Shown in pieces: positions 55,131 through 64,000 of a DNA stretch of 64,000 bases. Position 1 is the first letter of the stretch, and each line of letters begins with the position of its first letter. The translations under genes were made by a program, and so were the position numbers. Below the pieces are notes generated by a model. It was not told the origin of the DNA, searched no databases, and saw nothing but the letters and a program-made list of their open reading frames with translations. The DNA lies in NCBI GenBank assembly GCA_903861835.1, contig CAIOVX010000011.1, forward strand, positions 66,122 through 130,121, in the 5' to 3' direction. The stretch comes from Candidatus Firestoneibacteriota bacterium. Its GTDB lineage: Bacteria; Oederibacteriota; D2-FULL-39-29; CAIOVX01.

Positions 55131-55302
55131 AATAAAAAGTTTGTAACGTTTGTAATGTTCTTAACGTTCTTAACGTTCATAACGTAAAGCAATAAATACG
55201 AGTATTGCGGAGCAAATAGGCGTATTTTGAAATATGCGAATTACGTTATAAACCTTACAAACGTTATGAACGTTAGAAACGAATTAGTGTTTTGGAGTTC
55301 TC

Positions 55303-56505
55303 GTGAACTTAATTGAAAGCCTTAAACTTGCCATATCCAGCCTAAAAATGAACAAGATGAGGACCTTCCTCACCCTGCTTGGTATTGTTATCGGCGTTAT
55401 GGCAATAATACTCCTTGTCTCGGTAATCACCGGTTCAAGATCGAAGATTGAAGATGAAATGCAGGCCATGGGTACGAACATGCTAACGGTAATACCCGGA
55501 AACAGCGAGGCGCAGATGGGGCCGCCAGGAACCTATACAACGAACCGCCTAAAGATGCGTCATGTGGACCTAATAAACAACAAGAGCGCTTTCGGCGCCG
55601 ATGCCTGCCCCGAATACGACATTATGGGAGTGAACGTAAAGTACAAGAACGAGAGCCGGAATGTAAGTTTTGTTTCCGGGATGGGGAGCAATTTTGAGAA
55701 GGTATTCACCTGGAAGATTGATAAAGGGGCTTTCTTTAGAGAGGAAGACGTTAAGGCGGCAAGAAAAGTCGCTATAATAGGAGTGACTGTTGTTAAGAAT
55801 ATCTTCAAAGGAGTTAACCCCACAGGTAAATATATTTCAGTCAGGGGAATAAAGTTTAGGGTAATAGGCGTAATGGAAGAGAAGGGGAGTTTCTTCGGCA
55901 TGGACATGGACGACGCTATCTATATGCCTATCACGACAGCGCAAAATCTTGGAGGCTCGGATGATGTCCACCAGATAACGGTACGCATCCCTGACCCGAA
56001 ACAGATTGACTTCGCCAAGGCTGACACCAAAAGACTGCTTTTAACAATGCTTGACAAAAACGACTTTTCCGTCATGACCCAGGGTGAATCCCTGGACATG
56101 CTTAAAGACATTATGTCCGTAATGGAACTTATTACCTATGTTATCGCGATGATTTCACTGCTGGTCGGGGGCATTGGTATAATGAATATCATGCTTGTCA
56201 CCGTGACAGAACGGACCAGAGAGATAGGCATAAGAAAGGCGGTAGGGGCGTCGGCCGGGAATATTCTCGCGCAGTTTATCGTGGAAGCTGTAATAGTGTC
56301 AGTAACCGGAGGGCTAATCGGAATATTAATTTCCATAACTATTCTGGCTATACTCACTCCTATGATACCTTTCCCGGTTAAAGCTTCGGGAGTTTCAATT
56401 ATTGTTTCATTTGTATTCTCCTCTTTGATAGGAATATTTTTCGGGACCTATCCCGCGGTCAAGGCCTCAAAAATAGATCCGATTGCGGCGATGAGATACG
56501 AGTAG
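55303..56505 (+). CDS. ABC transporter permease, FtsX/MacB-type (paralog 2)
   Basis: Same architecture. GGIGIMNIMLVTVTERTREIGIRKAVGA. About 45% identical to paralog 1 by eye. Confidence 0.75.
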   Translation: MNLIESLKLAISSLKMNKMRTFLTLLGIVIGVMAIILLVSVITGSRSKIEDEMQAMGTNMLTVIPGNSEAQMGPPGTYTTNRLKMRHVDLINNKSAFGADACPEYDIMGVNVKYKNESRNVSFVSGMGSNFEKVFTWKIDKGAFFREEDVKAARKVAIIGVTVVKNIFKGVNPTGKYISVRGIKFRVIGVMEEKGSFFGMDMDDAIYMPITTAQNLGGSDDVHQITVRIPDPKQIDFAKADTKRLLLTMLDKNDFSVMTQGESLDMLKDIMSVMELITYVIAMISLLVGGIGIMNIMLVTVTERTREIGIRKAVGASAGNILAQFIVEAVIVSVTGGLIGILISITILAILTPMIPFPVKASGVSIIVSFVFSSLIGIFFGTYPAVKASKIDPIAAMRYE

Positions 56506-56549
56506 TTAACAAAAAGTTTGTAAGGTTTGTAAGGTTAATAAGGTTCATA

Positions 56550-57380
56550 ATGTCAAGAGAGTTAAAGCCCATTTTTAAGTGCCGGGCCGGTAAAATTGCA
56601 GCAGGGAGGGGTCAATACATGGCAGAAGAAGAAAAAGTGACAAAGAAAACATCCGTTGCTTTTGGAATTCTAAAATGGGGCGGGATAACAGCCGGAGTGC
56701 TTGTACTCGCGGCGGCAGTTTTTATTCTGCCAATGGCAAGGACTATGATGAGCTTCCGGCCCGCGCCGACAGGCGCCGTGACTCCGGAGTTCTTCGCGGT
56801 AAACAACAAGTTCGTAGATTTCTTCGTCTTCAAGTCAGGCGATGAGTTGTTTTGTTTTGACGCGGGTAACAGCGTCGCGCAAGTCCTGGAAGGATTCAAG
56901 GAACTCGGGCTGGAGCCCTCTAAAGTAAAGGCGGTTTTTCTGACTCATTCCGACGGCGATCACGTAAACGGGCTTCCCGCATTTGTAAACGCGGCAGTTT
57001 ACCTTCCTGCGGCGGAGGAACCGCTGGTGACGGGGACAAAGAAAAGGCATTTTATGTTTATGGAAAGAATAAATACCCTGCCGGTTTTAAAGTACACGCT
57101 TATCAAGGACGGGGAAAGAGTGAAAATAGGGAAAGGCGTATGCGAGGCGATCCTCACGCCCGGACATACGATAGGTTCAACCTCATTTCTTGTTAACGGG
57201 AAATATCTGATAGTCGGAGACCTTGCGATAATAAAAAACGGCAAACTTGTTGCGATGCCCAAGCCTCCTTCGGAAGCTCCGGCTGTCATAGCAGAATCGT
57301 TAAAGAAAGTGGAAGCATTCAAGGGTGTTGAATATGTGGCAACGGCGCATGCCGGAGTTTTGAAATTGCAAAAGAATTAG
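56550..57380 (+). CDS. Membrane-anchored MBL-fold metallo-hydrolase
   Basis: N-terminal TM helix, then the beta-lactamase-fold motif THSDGDHVNG (HxHxDH) with downstream His/Asp ligands. The true start may be the ATG at 56619 (MAEEEK). Confidence 0.65.
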   Translation: MSRELKPIFKCRAGKIAAGRGQYMAEEEKVTKKTSVAFGILKWGGITAGVLVLAAAVFILPMARTMMSFRPAPTGAVTPEFFAVNNKFVDFFVFKSGDELFCFDAGNSVAQVLEGFKELGLEPSKVKAVFLTHSDGDHVNGLPAFVNAAVYLPAAEEPLVTGTKKRHFMFMERINTLPVLKYTLIKDGERVKIGKGVCEAILTPGHTIGSTSFLVNGKYLIVGDLAIIKNGKLVAMPKPPSEAPAVIAESLKKVEAFKGVEYVATAHAGVLKLQKN

Positions 57381-57404
57381 TTTGGAATAGACGGCTGTAG
57401 AACA

Positions 57405-57745
57405 AAATTCGAAATTCGAAGTACGAAATTCGAAACAAAACAGGATTAAGCACCAAATCACAAGCACCAGGCACCAGAAGTTCAAGCACCAAATCTCAAG
57501 CATCAAGCACCAAAGGTTCAAGCACCAAATCTCAAGCACCAAGCACCAAATAAACACCAAAACGCAAAAACATAAGAAAACAAAGAACCTAGTATTTCTA
57601 TTTTTCGTTTTTCTGTCTTTTTGTCTTTATTTGGGATTTGGTGCTTGTGATTTGTAATTTAGTCTTAAGTGATTTGGTGCTTGTGATTTGTGATTTAGTC
57701 TTAGGTGATTTGGAGCTTGAGATTTGCGGTTTGAAGCAATTACTA
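57405..57745. repeat. About 340-bp imperfect palindrome built from short tandem repeats (CAAGCACCAAATC units and their reverse complements)
   Basis: The left arm, 57448-57550, carries five or more copies of AAGCACCAAATC(T/A)CAAGCACC. The right arm, 57634-57730, carries the reverse complement GATTTGGTGCTTGTGATTTG x3. The centre, 57550-57634, is A-rich then T-rich and self-complementary. GAAATTC x3 lies at the left edge. Confidence 0.8.
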
Positions 57746-57764
57746 AATTACAGGGAGAATATTT

Positions 57765-58898
57765 ATGAAAGAACTTCTGAAGGCATTCGCTAAGGCGGCA
57801 GAGCGCGGCCTGAAAAGGCTTCTGCTGGGCGTGATTTCGCTTTTGTTTAGGCGCAGAGGACGGAGCGCTCCGTTCGGCCCTTACGGAAAAATACTGGTGG
57901 CAATACCGGAAAACTCTCTCGGGGATATGATTTCAAAGACGGCGCTCATTGAGACGCTCAAAGCTTCCTTTCCTGACGCGCTTATTGACGTGCTGGTCTT
58001 GCGGAACTCGAACAGGATGGTGCTTCAGGGCAATACTTCCGTGAACGGGATACTCTACTGTGAAACCGATAACTGGCACAAGGTAGTCTTCAGCCTGAGA
58101 CTGCTTAAACTGGCTCTGAACCTGCGGAAGGAAAAATATGATCTTGCGGTGACGCCGAGCAATGACAACCTCCGCTGCGCGCTTTTCTGCCGCCTTTGCG
58201 GAGCCAAGAGGAGCGCGGGGTTTACGCACAGCGGGGGCAGGCGTAACTATACTGATATCTTCCTTACCGATACCTTTGATGAGAAAGACCTCCATTTTGT
58301 GGAGAAGAACAAAAAACTGGGAGCTTTCGTGGCCGGCAGGTTCGCCGTGGAAAGGCCTCCGGTAATGCCGCTTGCAAAGGAAGAAATAGAGTATGCCGCC
58401 AATTTCTGGAAGGATAAGGGCGTGGAAGAAGGAGCTATTCTGCTCGCAATTCACCCTTTCTACGGGCCTTTTATCGAGAAGGGTTATCCTGCCGAGAAGT
58501 TTGGCGAGGCGTGGAAGCTTATCAAGGAAAAGATACCCGGGATTAAACTGGCGGTATTTTGGGGGCACACGGAACTGCAGGCTATGGATAAGATTAAGGA
58601 ACTCGCAAAGGGAGGCATCCTGATAGATGATGTTGATTTCAGGCGGCTCGCGGCGCTCCTTGCGCGTCCGGATCTTTTCATCTGCTGCAACACCGGTACC
58701 AGCCACCTCGCGAGCCTTTCTGACACCCCCGTGCTTCTGCTTTGTGAAAAGACTCTCGCCTGGCAGTTTGACCCCTGGGGTTCAAAGAATTCGGTGCTGC
58801 GGACTGACACTTTATATTGCTCAAATATAAAGCCTGCCGAGGTTGCCTTAAAGGCGGTTGAAATGCTGCAGAAGTATTCCGCGAAGAAAATTGGCTGA
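57765..58898 (+). CDS. Glycosyltransferase family 9 (ADP-heptose:LPS heptosyltransferase-like)
   Basis: GT-B architecture with the GT9-type C-terminal motif ICCNTGTSHLA. 377 aa. Confidence 0.6.
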   Translation: MKELLKAFAKAAERGLKRLLLGVISLLFRRRGRSAPFGPYGKILVAIPENSLGDMISKTALIETLKASFPDALIDVLVLRNSNRMVLQGNTSVNGILYCETDNWHKVVFSLRLLKLALNLRKEKYDLAVTPSNDNLRCALFCRLCGAKRSAGFTHSGGRRNYTDIFLTDTFDEKDLHFVEKNKKLGAFVAGRFAVERPPVMPLAKEEIEYAANFWKDKGVEEGAILLAIHPFYGPFIEKGYPAEKFGEAWKLIKEKIPGIKLAVFWGHTELQAMDKIKELAKGGILIDDVDFRRLAALLARPDLFICCNTGTSHLASLSDTPVLLLCEKTLAWQFDPWGSKNSVLRTDTLYCSNIKPAEVALKAVEMLQKYSAKKIG

Positions 58899-59034
58899 TT
58901 TTTGGCGTGAAAAACGCCTTCATATCTGAATCGCTTGCCGAAAAAATCCTCAAACCTGCAGAAAAACTTTGATGTCTAAACGCGTATTTGCTTAACTACT
59001 CCCCTGATGAAATTTGTTTTTCAAAAGGAGGGGT

Positions 59035-60090
59035 ATGCGTAAAACTGTGTTCAGCGCATTTTTCGTTCTCTGGTATCTCGCGTGCGGAGCGTCGGTGCCG
59101 ATGCTCATTAATTATCCGGGAAAACTCACCAATAAAGACGGAAGCCCAGTCACTGCTTCAAAAAATATTTCGTTCTCTTTCTATGATTCGGAGACGGGCG
59201 GCTCTCAAAAGTGGTCCGGGTCATATCAAGTAGATGTCTCCAAAGGCGTTTTCAATGTTTTGCTGGGCTCCGGTCTTTATCCGTTTGGTTCAACCGTGGA
59301 TTTCTCGCAGGACTACTGGCTTGAAATGAAAGTCGAGGGCGAGACTCTAATCCCGCGTCAGAGAATATCAAGCGTTGTTTATGCCCTCCGTTCCGAATAC
59401 TGCAACAGGGCTGACACGCCGATGGTAATCTCCGGCTGCGGTGATATAGACGAGAATGTATCAGAGAAATGCTACTTTGTGCTTTCAAAGGTTCCAAGAA
59501 GCATCACACTGTACTTGTACGGGGAGAGGTTTAATACTCAATACTATACTGAATTGGCAGCGCATAGTCACAGTGGCAATACAGAAGGAGAGTCGAATGG
59601 ACACACGCATTTAGTCTCTCACGACCATTCATTGATATTTTATAATCCTACAGGGGAAGGTTGCACAGCAGTTCGTGGAGCAGATTTCGCTCCCAGTGCT
59701 TCAAAATCACTTAGAGGTGTGATATCTGCAGAGACACCAATATCCGCAAATGTTAGTGAAGATCATAAACACGCTTACACTACTAGCACCGTAGGTGTGA
59801 GTTCAGGATATTCAATTGGAGCTCAAAGCAAGAGTTACTTGAACGATATGCGTGTTTTCCTGGACGGTATAAATGTTTCAAATGAAGTAACTGGTTCGTT
59901 GCTTAGCAAAACAGCATTATCAAAATTTGGTGATGGCACAAGTTTACATAGCATTAATTCAAGTATTGGGTCAGGTGCAATTGATATGACAGCCTTAATC
60001 TCTTCAATAGGGCAGCATTTTTTGGTATTCAAGCAAGCTGGTGCTAATCAGGGGGGTAGAATTAGATATTACCTCCATGTATTATACTAA
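59035..60090 (+). CDS. Exported hypothetical protein (351 aa) with an AT-rich C-terminal half
   Basis: The ATG at 59035 is preceded by AAAGGAGGGG, whereas the tracked ORF uses an upstream TTG. Signal peptide MRKTVFSAFFVLWYLACGA. GC content falls sharply after about nt 59500. Confidence 0.45.
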   Translation: MRKTVFSAFFVLWYLACGASVPMLINYPGKLTNKDGSPVTASKNISFSFYDSETGGSQKWSGSYQVDVSKGVFNVLLGSGLYPFGSTVDFSQDYWLEMKVEGETLIPRQRISSVVYALRSEYCNRADTPMVISGCGDIDENVSEKCYFVLSKVPRSITLYLYGERFNTQYYTELAAHSHSGNTEGESNGHTHLVSHDHSLIFYNPTGEGCTAVRGADFAPSASKSLRGVISAETPISANVSEDHKHAYTTSTVGVSSGYSIGAQSKSYLNDMRVFLDGINVSNEVTGSLLSKTALSKFGDGTSLHSINSSIGSGAIDMTALISSIGQHFLVFKQAGANQGGRIRYYLHVLY

Positions 60091-60169
60091 TAAATGCAAA
60101 TTAAAAATTCCGACATAGAAACCGCCTAAGCATTATGCATGAGGCAGCTCAATGGCTCCTTGAAACCGC

Positions 60170-60197
60170 TTGACTTTTACAGACTGGATATGTATAA
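60170..60197 (+). promoter_or_regulatory. pyr operon promoter with extended -10
   Basis: TTGACT, a 16-nt spacer, then (TG)TATAAT. Confidence 0.5.
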
Positions 60198-60204
60198 TAC
60201 ATAA

Positions 60205-60240
60205 GACCTTTAAATCCGGTCCTGTGAGACCGAGGAAGGT
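60205..60240 (+). promoter_or_regulatory. Putative PyrR-binding anti-antiterminator hairpin in the pyrR leader
   Basis: CCTTTAAATCCGGTCCTGTGAGACCGAGGAAGG carries the UCC...GAGG elements of the PyrR binding loop between complementary flanks CCTT/AAGG. Confidence 0.35.
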
Positions 60241-60273
60241 AAAAAATGAAACTGCACAGCAGACATAGTTTTA

Positions 60274-60311
60274 GCCTTAAGACAGGAAACCTGTTTTAAG
60301 GCTTTTTTTTT
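60274..60311 (+). terminator. Intrinsic terminator (attenuator) in the pyrR leader
   Basis: A 13-bp stem GCCTTAAGACAGG-AAA-CCTGTTTTAAGGC followed by a T9 run, 65 nt upstream of the pyrR ATG. Confidence 0.6.
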
Positions 60312-60376
60312 AACAAGTGATTACGCAGATTACGAAATGAGATTTCACAGATTAGAGCGAGTTGAGGAGTAGGGCT

Positions 60377-60910
60377 ATGAACGGGAAATCGAAGATACTG
60401 CTTGACGGGCCGGCGATAGAAAAAACAATTGCCAGGCTTGCCCATGAAGTCATAGAGAAGAACGAGCTCGAAGAGGTTGCTTTAATCGGCATCAGAAGCC
60501 GCGGGGATCACATTGCCGCCAGGATTGCAAAAAAAATTGAGGCTATTTCCGGAAGAAAAATATTGGTGGGCGCGATTGATATAACTTTTTACCGCGATGA
60601 TATCGGACTCAAGATACCTAAGTCAGCCCAGCCAACTGATGTTAAATTCCCGATAAACGGCAAAAATATTATACTGGTTGATGATGTCCTTTTCACCGGC
60701 AGGAGCACAAGAGCGGCGATGGACGCGCTCCTTGATTTCGGGCGGCCGAAAAGGATACAGCTGCTGGTCCTTGTTGACAGAGGGCATAAGCAGCTGCCCA
60801 TCCACGCCGATTATGTAGGCAAGAACATTCCCACATCATTGAAGGAAACTGTAGATATAAAAGTGACTGAGGTTGACGGCGAGGACAGCGTTACCATAAG
60901 CGAAAATTAG
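60377..60910 (+). CDS. pyrR: Bifunctional pyrimidine operon regulator/uracil phosphoribosyltransferase
   Basis: The ATG at 60377 is preceded by GAGGAG. PRTase motif ILVDDVLFTGRSTRAAMDAL. The PyrR-specific N-terminus MNGKSKILLDGPAIEKTIARLAHEV. Confidence 0.85.
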   Translation: MNGKSKILLDGPAIEKTIARLAHEVIEKNELEEVALIGIRSRGDHIAARIAKKIEAISGRKILVGAIDITFYRDDIGLKIPKSAQPTDVKFPINGKNIILVDDVLFTGRSTRAAMDALLDFGRPKRIQLLVLVDRGHKQLPIHADYVGKNIPTSLKETVDIKVTEVDGEDSVTISEN

Positions 60911-60937
60911 AAGAGTCCCGCCGCCGGGAGCAAGAGG

Positions 60938-61885
60938 ATGCCATTCAAAAGAAAGCACCTCATAGGCCTTGAAGATCTGACGCCGGAAGAAATTAAGTCA
61001 CTGCTTGACACGGCTGAAGCCTTCAAGAGTATCTCCAACCGCCAGGTAAAAAAAGTGCCGTCCCTCAGAGGGCGTACGGTCGTAAATCTTTTCTTCGAGA
61101 ACTCCACCAGAACGCGGACCTCCTTTGAACTTGCGGCAAAGCGCTTAAGCGCGGATGTTATCAACTTCTCTGTTTCAACAAGCAGTGTTTCAAAAGGTGA
61201 AACTCTTATAGACACGGCACGCACCATTGAGGCTCTTGAGTCCGATATGGTAGTGGTAAGGCATTCCTGTTCCGGGGTCCCCCTACTGCTTTCAAATGTC
61301 CTCAGGTCCTCGATTATAAATGCCGGCGACGGAATGCACGAGCATCCCACCCAGGGACTGCTTGATATGCTGACCATCCGGGACAAAAAGAAAAAAATAG
61401 AAGGTTTGAAGGTGGTTATTTCCGGCGATATAGCGCACAGCAGGGTTGCACGTTCAAATATTTACGGGCTTACAAAGATGGGCGCCAAAGTGACCCTGGT
61501 TGGCCCGCCGACGCTTCTGCCGAAAGATATCGACCGGCTTGATGTAAAGGTTGAAAACGATTTGCGGCATGCGGTAAAAGACGCTGATGTGATCTATATG
61601 CTCCGCATACAGTTGGAAAGGCAGAAAAGAAGCCTTTTCCCTTCTATTCGCGAATACTCAATGTTCTTCGGGCTTGATGAATCTGTCCTCAAGCTTGCAA
61701 AACCTGACGCAATGGTTATGCACCCGGGCCCGATGAATCGCGGGGTGGAAATCTCCCCGGAAGTTGCTGACTGCAAACAGTCTGTAATAAATGATCAGGT
61801 GACCAACGGCATTGCCGCAAGAATGGCGGTGCTCTTTCTTCTCGCGGGAGGTGAGGCCAATGAAATTGCTGCTTACGGGGGGTGA
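60938..61885 (+). CDS. pyrB: Aspartate carbamoyltransferase catalytic subunit
   Basis: STRTRTSFE carbamoyl-phosphate binding motif, [12 protein letters not shown]. Confidence 0.9.
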   Translation: MPFKRKHLIGLEDLTPEEIKSLLDTAEAFKSISNRQVKKVPSLRGRTVVNLFFENSTRTRTSFELAAKRLSADVINFSVSTSSVSKGETLIDTARTIEALESDMVVVRHSCSGVPLLLSNVLRSSIINAGDGMHEHPTQGLLDMLTIRDKKKKIEGLKVVISGDIAHSRVARSNIYGLTKMGAKVTLVGPPTLLPKDIDRLDVKVENDLRHAVKDADVIYMLRIQLERQKRSLFPSIREYSMFFGLDESVLKLAKPDAMVMHPGPMNRGVEISPEVADCKQSVINDQVTNGIAARMAVLFLLAGGEANEIAAYGG

Positions 61886-63146
61886 AGTAGTTGACCCGGC
61901 AAATAAAGTCAGAGGAAGGTTTGACCTCCTGATTGAGGATGGAAAGATAACTAAAGTGGGAAAAGATATCAGGGCAGACGGCGCCAAAATATTGGATGTC
62001 TCCGGAAAAATTATTAGTCCCGGCCTCATCGATATGCATGTTCACCTGCGTGAACCCGGTTTCGAGTATAAAGAAACCATAGAAACCGGCACCAGGGCCG
62101 CGCTTGCCGGAGGCGTAACGACTGTCGCCTGCATGCCCAACACGGAGCCGGTGATAGACAACGCCGCCGTGGTTGAACTCGTAATCTCAAAAGCAAAAAG
62201 CGAAGGAGTCATAAATGTTCTGCCAATCGCGAGCATAACCAAAGGCGCGAAAGGAGAGGAAGTCTCTGAGCTCGGCAGTCTGGCCAAGAGCGGAGCCATA
62301 GCTTTCTCCGATGACGCGGCTCCGGTTATGAACGCTGAACTTATGCGCCGCGCGATGGAATACGCGAGCCAGTTTGACCTTCCGGTTATAACCCACTGCG
62401 AAGACAAGAATATGACCTTAGACGGAGTGATGAACGAGAGTTTTACTTCAACTGTGTTGGGCCTTCGCGGCATGCCTGATATCGCGGAAAGCATAATGGC
62501 CTACAGAAATATTGAGATAGCAAATTATACGGGTGCTAAGGTTCATATCGCGCATGTAAGCTGCAAAGCAACCGTGGATGTAATAAGGTGGGCAAAAAAA
62601 ACCGGGCTTAACGTTACCTGTGAGACCGCGCCGCATTACTTTACTCTGACTGATGAAGCGGTTAAGAGTTATGATACAAACACTAAAATGAATCCTCCGC
62701 TCCGTACAAAGGAAGATGTGGAAGCAGTAATAGAGGGTTTGGTTGACGGAACCATAGATTGTATAGCGACAGACCATGCCCCGCACGGAAGAATAGATAA
62801 AGAGGTTGAGTTCAACACAGCTTCTTTCGGTATAATCGGGCTCGAAACCTTGCTGCCTTTGGCAATTACTGAATTAGTAATAACGAAGCGCCTCACCCTT
62901 GAACAGGCCATAGAAAAACTTTCCGTAAGGCCTGCGGCAATACTTGGGATAAAAAAAGGCAGCCTGAAGATCGGAGAGGACGCCGATATTACGGTTTTTG
63001 ATATGGAAAATGAATATGCGGTTGATACTTCGAAATTCTTCTCCAAGAGCAAGAATTCGCCCTTTAACGGCAGAAAACTCAAAGGGGAAATATCCGCCGT
63101 CATAGTCGGCGGAACTCTAAAATTCAAGGATGGTAAGATACTGTGA
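61860..63146 (+). CDS. pyrC: Dihydroorotase
   Basis: [12 protein letters not shown] start with the metal-binding [10 protein letters not shown] motif. Cyclic amidohydrolase fold. It overlaps the pyrB 3' end by 26 nt. The tracked ORF begins at an upstream in-frame ATG inside pyrB. Confidence 0.85.
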   Translation: MKLLLTGGEVVDPANKVRGRFDLLIEDGKITKVGKDIRADGAKILDVSGKIISPGLIDMHVHLREPGFEYKETIETGTRAALAGGVTTVACMPNTEPVIDNAAVVELVISKAKSEGVINVLPIASITKGAKGEEVSELGSLAKSGAIAFSDDAAPVMNAELMRRAMEYASQFDLPVITHCEDKNMTLDGVMNESFTSTVLGLRGMPDIAESIMAYRNIEIANYTGAKVHIAHVSCKATVDVIRWAKKTGLNVTCETAPHYFTLTDEAVKSYDTNTKMNPPLRTKEDVEAVIEGLVDGTIDCIATDHAPHGRIDKEVEFNTASFGIIGLETLLPLAITELVITKRLTLEQAIEKLSVRPAAILGIKKGSLKIGEDADITVFDMENEYAVDTSKFFSKSKNSPFNGRKLKGEISAVIVGGTLKFKDGKIL

Positions 63147-64000
63147 AAGCAAAGTTGAAAAAAGCATTTCTCGCTCTTGAAGACGGGTTGGTCTTTGAAG
63201 GCACGGCATTCGGCGCTGAGGGTGAATTCTTCGGCGAATCTGTTTTCAATACCAGTATAACCGGATACCAGGAAATATTAACTGACCCCTCATATTGCGG
63301 ACAGATAGTAACCATGACTTACCCTATGATCGGTAACTACGGCATTAACGAAGAGGATATGGAGTCCATAAAGCCCAGGGTAAGCGGTTTCGTTGTTAAA
63401 GAATACAGCAAAATTGTCAGCAACTGGCGCGCGAATATCAGCCTGGGTAAATACTTGGAAAAGAATAATATTATAGGCATTGAAGGCATTGACACCCGCA
63501 TGCTTGTAAAACATTTGCGCACCTTTGGCGCGAAGAAAGCCGTAATTTCCACGGTTGATTTCGACAAGAATAGACTGGTAAAAAAAGCAAAAGACTCGCC
63601 GTCAATCGTAGGCGTTGATATGGTAGAGAAAGTGACCTGCAAAAAGGCTTATACCTGGAACGAACCTCTCTATGATTACGAAAAGGAAGGCAAAGCCGAA
63701 GAGCAGCTGCAGCTTTTTGAAGATCAGCGTAAGAGAAAGAATCACAATGTAGTTGTGTTAGATTGCGGCGCGAAGCACAATATTATGCGTTACCTGGTTT
63801 CTATGGGCTGCAAGGTTACGGTTGTGCCGGCCTTTACCAAGGCAGAAGACATCCTGGCGCTAAATCCTGAGGGTATCATGCTCTCAAACGGTCCCGGTGA
63901 CCCTGAGGCTGTAACCTATGTTGTTGATACGGTGAGGCGGCTTATCGGGAAGAAGCCAATTTTTGGCATCTGTCTCGGGCACCAAATGCTCGGACTGGCT
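63143..64000 (+). CDS. carA: Carbamoyl-phosphate synthase small (glutamine amidotransferase) subunit, 5' portion
   Basis: The GTG at 63143 overlaps the pyrC stop (GTGA). Hand translation [69 protein letters not shown] matches the CarA N-terminal domain. It runs off the window end, so it is missing from the ORF track. Confidence 0.85.
   Translation, partial: MKAKLKKAFLALEDGLVFEGTAFGAEGEFFGESVFNTSITGYQEILTDPSYCGQIVTMTYPMIGNYGINEEDMESIKPRVSGFVVKEYSKIVSNWRANISLGKYLEKNNIIGIEGIDTRMLVKHLRTFGAKKAVISTVDFDKNRLVKKAKDSPSIVGVDMVEKVTCKKAYTWNEPLYDYEKEGKAEEQLQLFEDQRKRKNHNVVVLDCGAKHNIMRYLVSMGCKVTVVPAFTKAEDILALNPEGIMLSNGPGDPEAVTYVVDTVRRLIGKKPIFGICLGHQMLGLA

Noticed and set aside
58904-58920. GGCGTGAAAAACGCC hairpin after the GT9 gene as a terminator
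   Set aside because: Short 5-bp stem with no downstream U-tract. Not convincing as an intrinsic terminator.
58988-59233. Tracked 81-aa ORF, and the TTG-initiated 5' extension (59014) of the exported-protein gene
   Set aside because: A canonical ATG at 59035 has a strong AAAGGAGG Shine-Dalgarno 5 nt upstream. The upstream extension lacks an RBS, and the 58988 ORF is an out-of-frame overlap.

Overview
This 64 kb window is a gene-dense bacterial chromosome segment of about 50% GC from an unidentified lineage, mixing housekeeping genes with an accessory stretch at roughly 36.7-48.1 kb. The PPi-dependent PFK, the T9SS-type C-terminal sorting domain and the DUF2723-TPR paralogs fit an uncultivated or candidate-phylum lineage, but nothing in the window fixes the taxon.

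Recognisable content, in order: the glyS 3' end, a HAD hydrolase, an EamA transporter, class II fba, ndk, a glutaredoxin-like gene next to an FTR-like catalytic subunit fused to rubredoxin, PPi-PFK, a DEAD-box helicase, a partial complex I operon (nuoJKLMN only), the conserved yicC-gmk-rpoZ cluster followed by a family-4 UDG and a PriA homolog with degenerate helicase motifs, a HEAT-repeat protein, an acyl-CoA synthetase, a large BNR/Asp-box beta-propeller protein with a T9SS-type C-terminal sorting domain, znuABC, a GAF-HD-GYP protein, hldD plus an NAD-dependent epimerase plus a 952-aa glycoside hydrolase/phosphorylase-like protein, tRNA-Arg(ACG), two lipoproteins, an AI-2E transporter, tadA, three paralogous DUF2723 (TMEM260-like) GT-C membrane proteins fused to TPR arrays (one in an operon with two secreted beta-propeller/unknown proteins), an intact tmRNA followed by two tandem ~189-nt partial copies of its 3' end, an Rrf2 regulator with metXW, a MacA/TolC-type ABC exporter with a separate ATPase and two FtsX permeases, an MBL-fold hydrolase, a GT9 heptosyltransferase, an exported protein of unknown function, and pyrR-pyrB-pyrC-carA with an attenuator leader.

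Features the gene list does not explain: a family of 10-bp-periodic AACGTT tandem repeats at six or more intergenic sites, a ~340-bp imperfect palindrome built of short repeats, a ~250-nt purine-strand heptamer microsatellite upstream of metX, heptamer (7-nt) repeats flanking the tmRNA units, and an untracked 54-codon Cys-rich sORF (CxxCWCC...WCPYC) translationally coupled to the FTR-like gene.

The best candidate for an undescribed system is the tripled TMEM260/DUF2723-TPR glycosyltransferase-like module with its co-operonic secreted substrates or partners. The tmRNA-adjacent repeat array is the second candidate.
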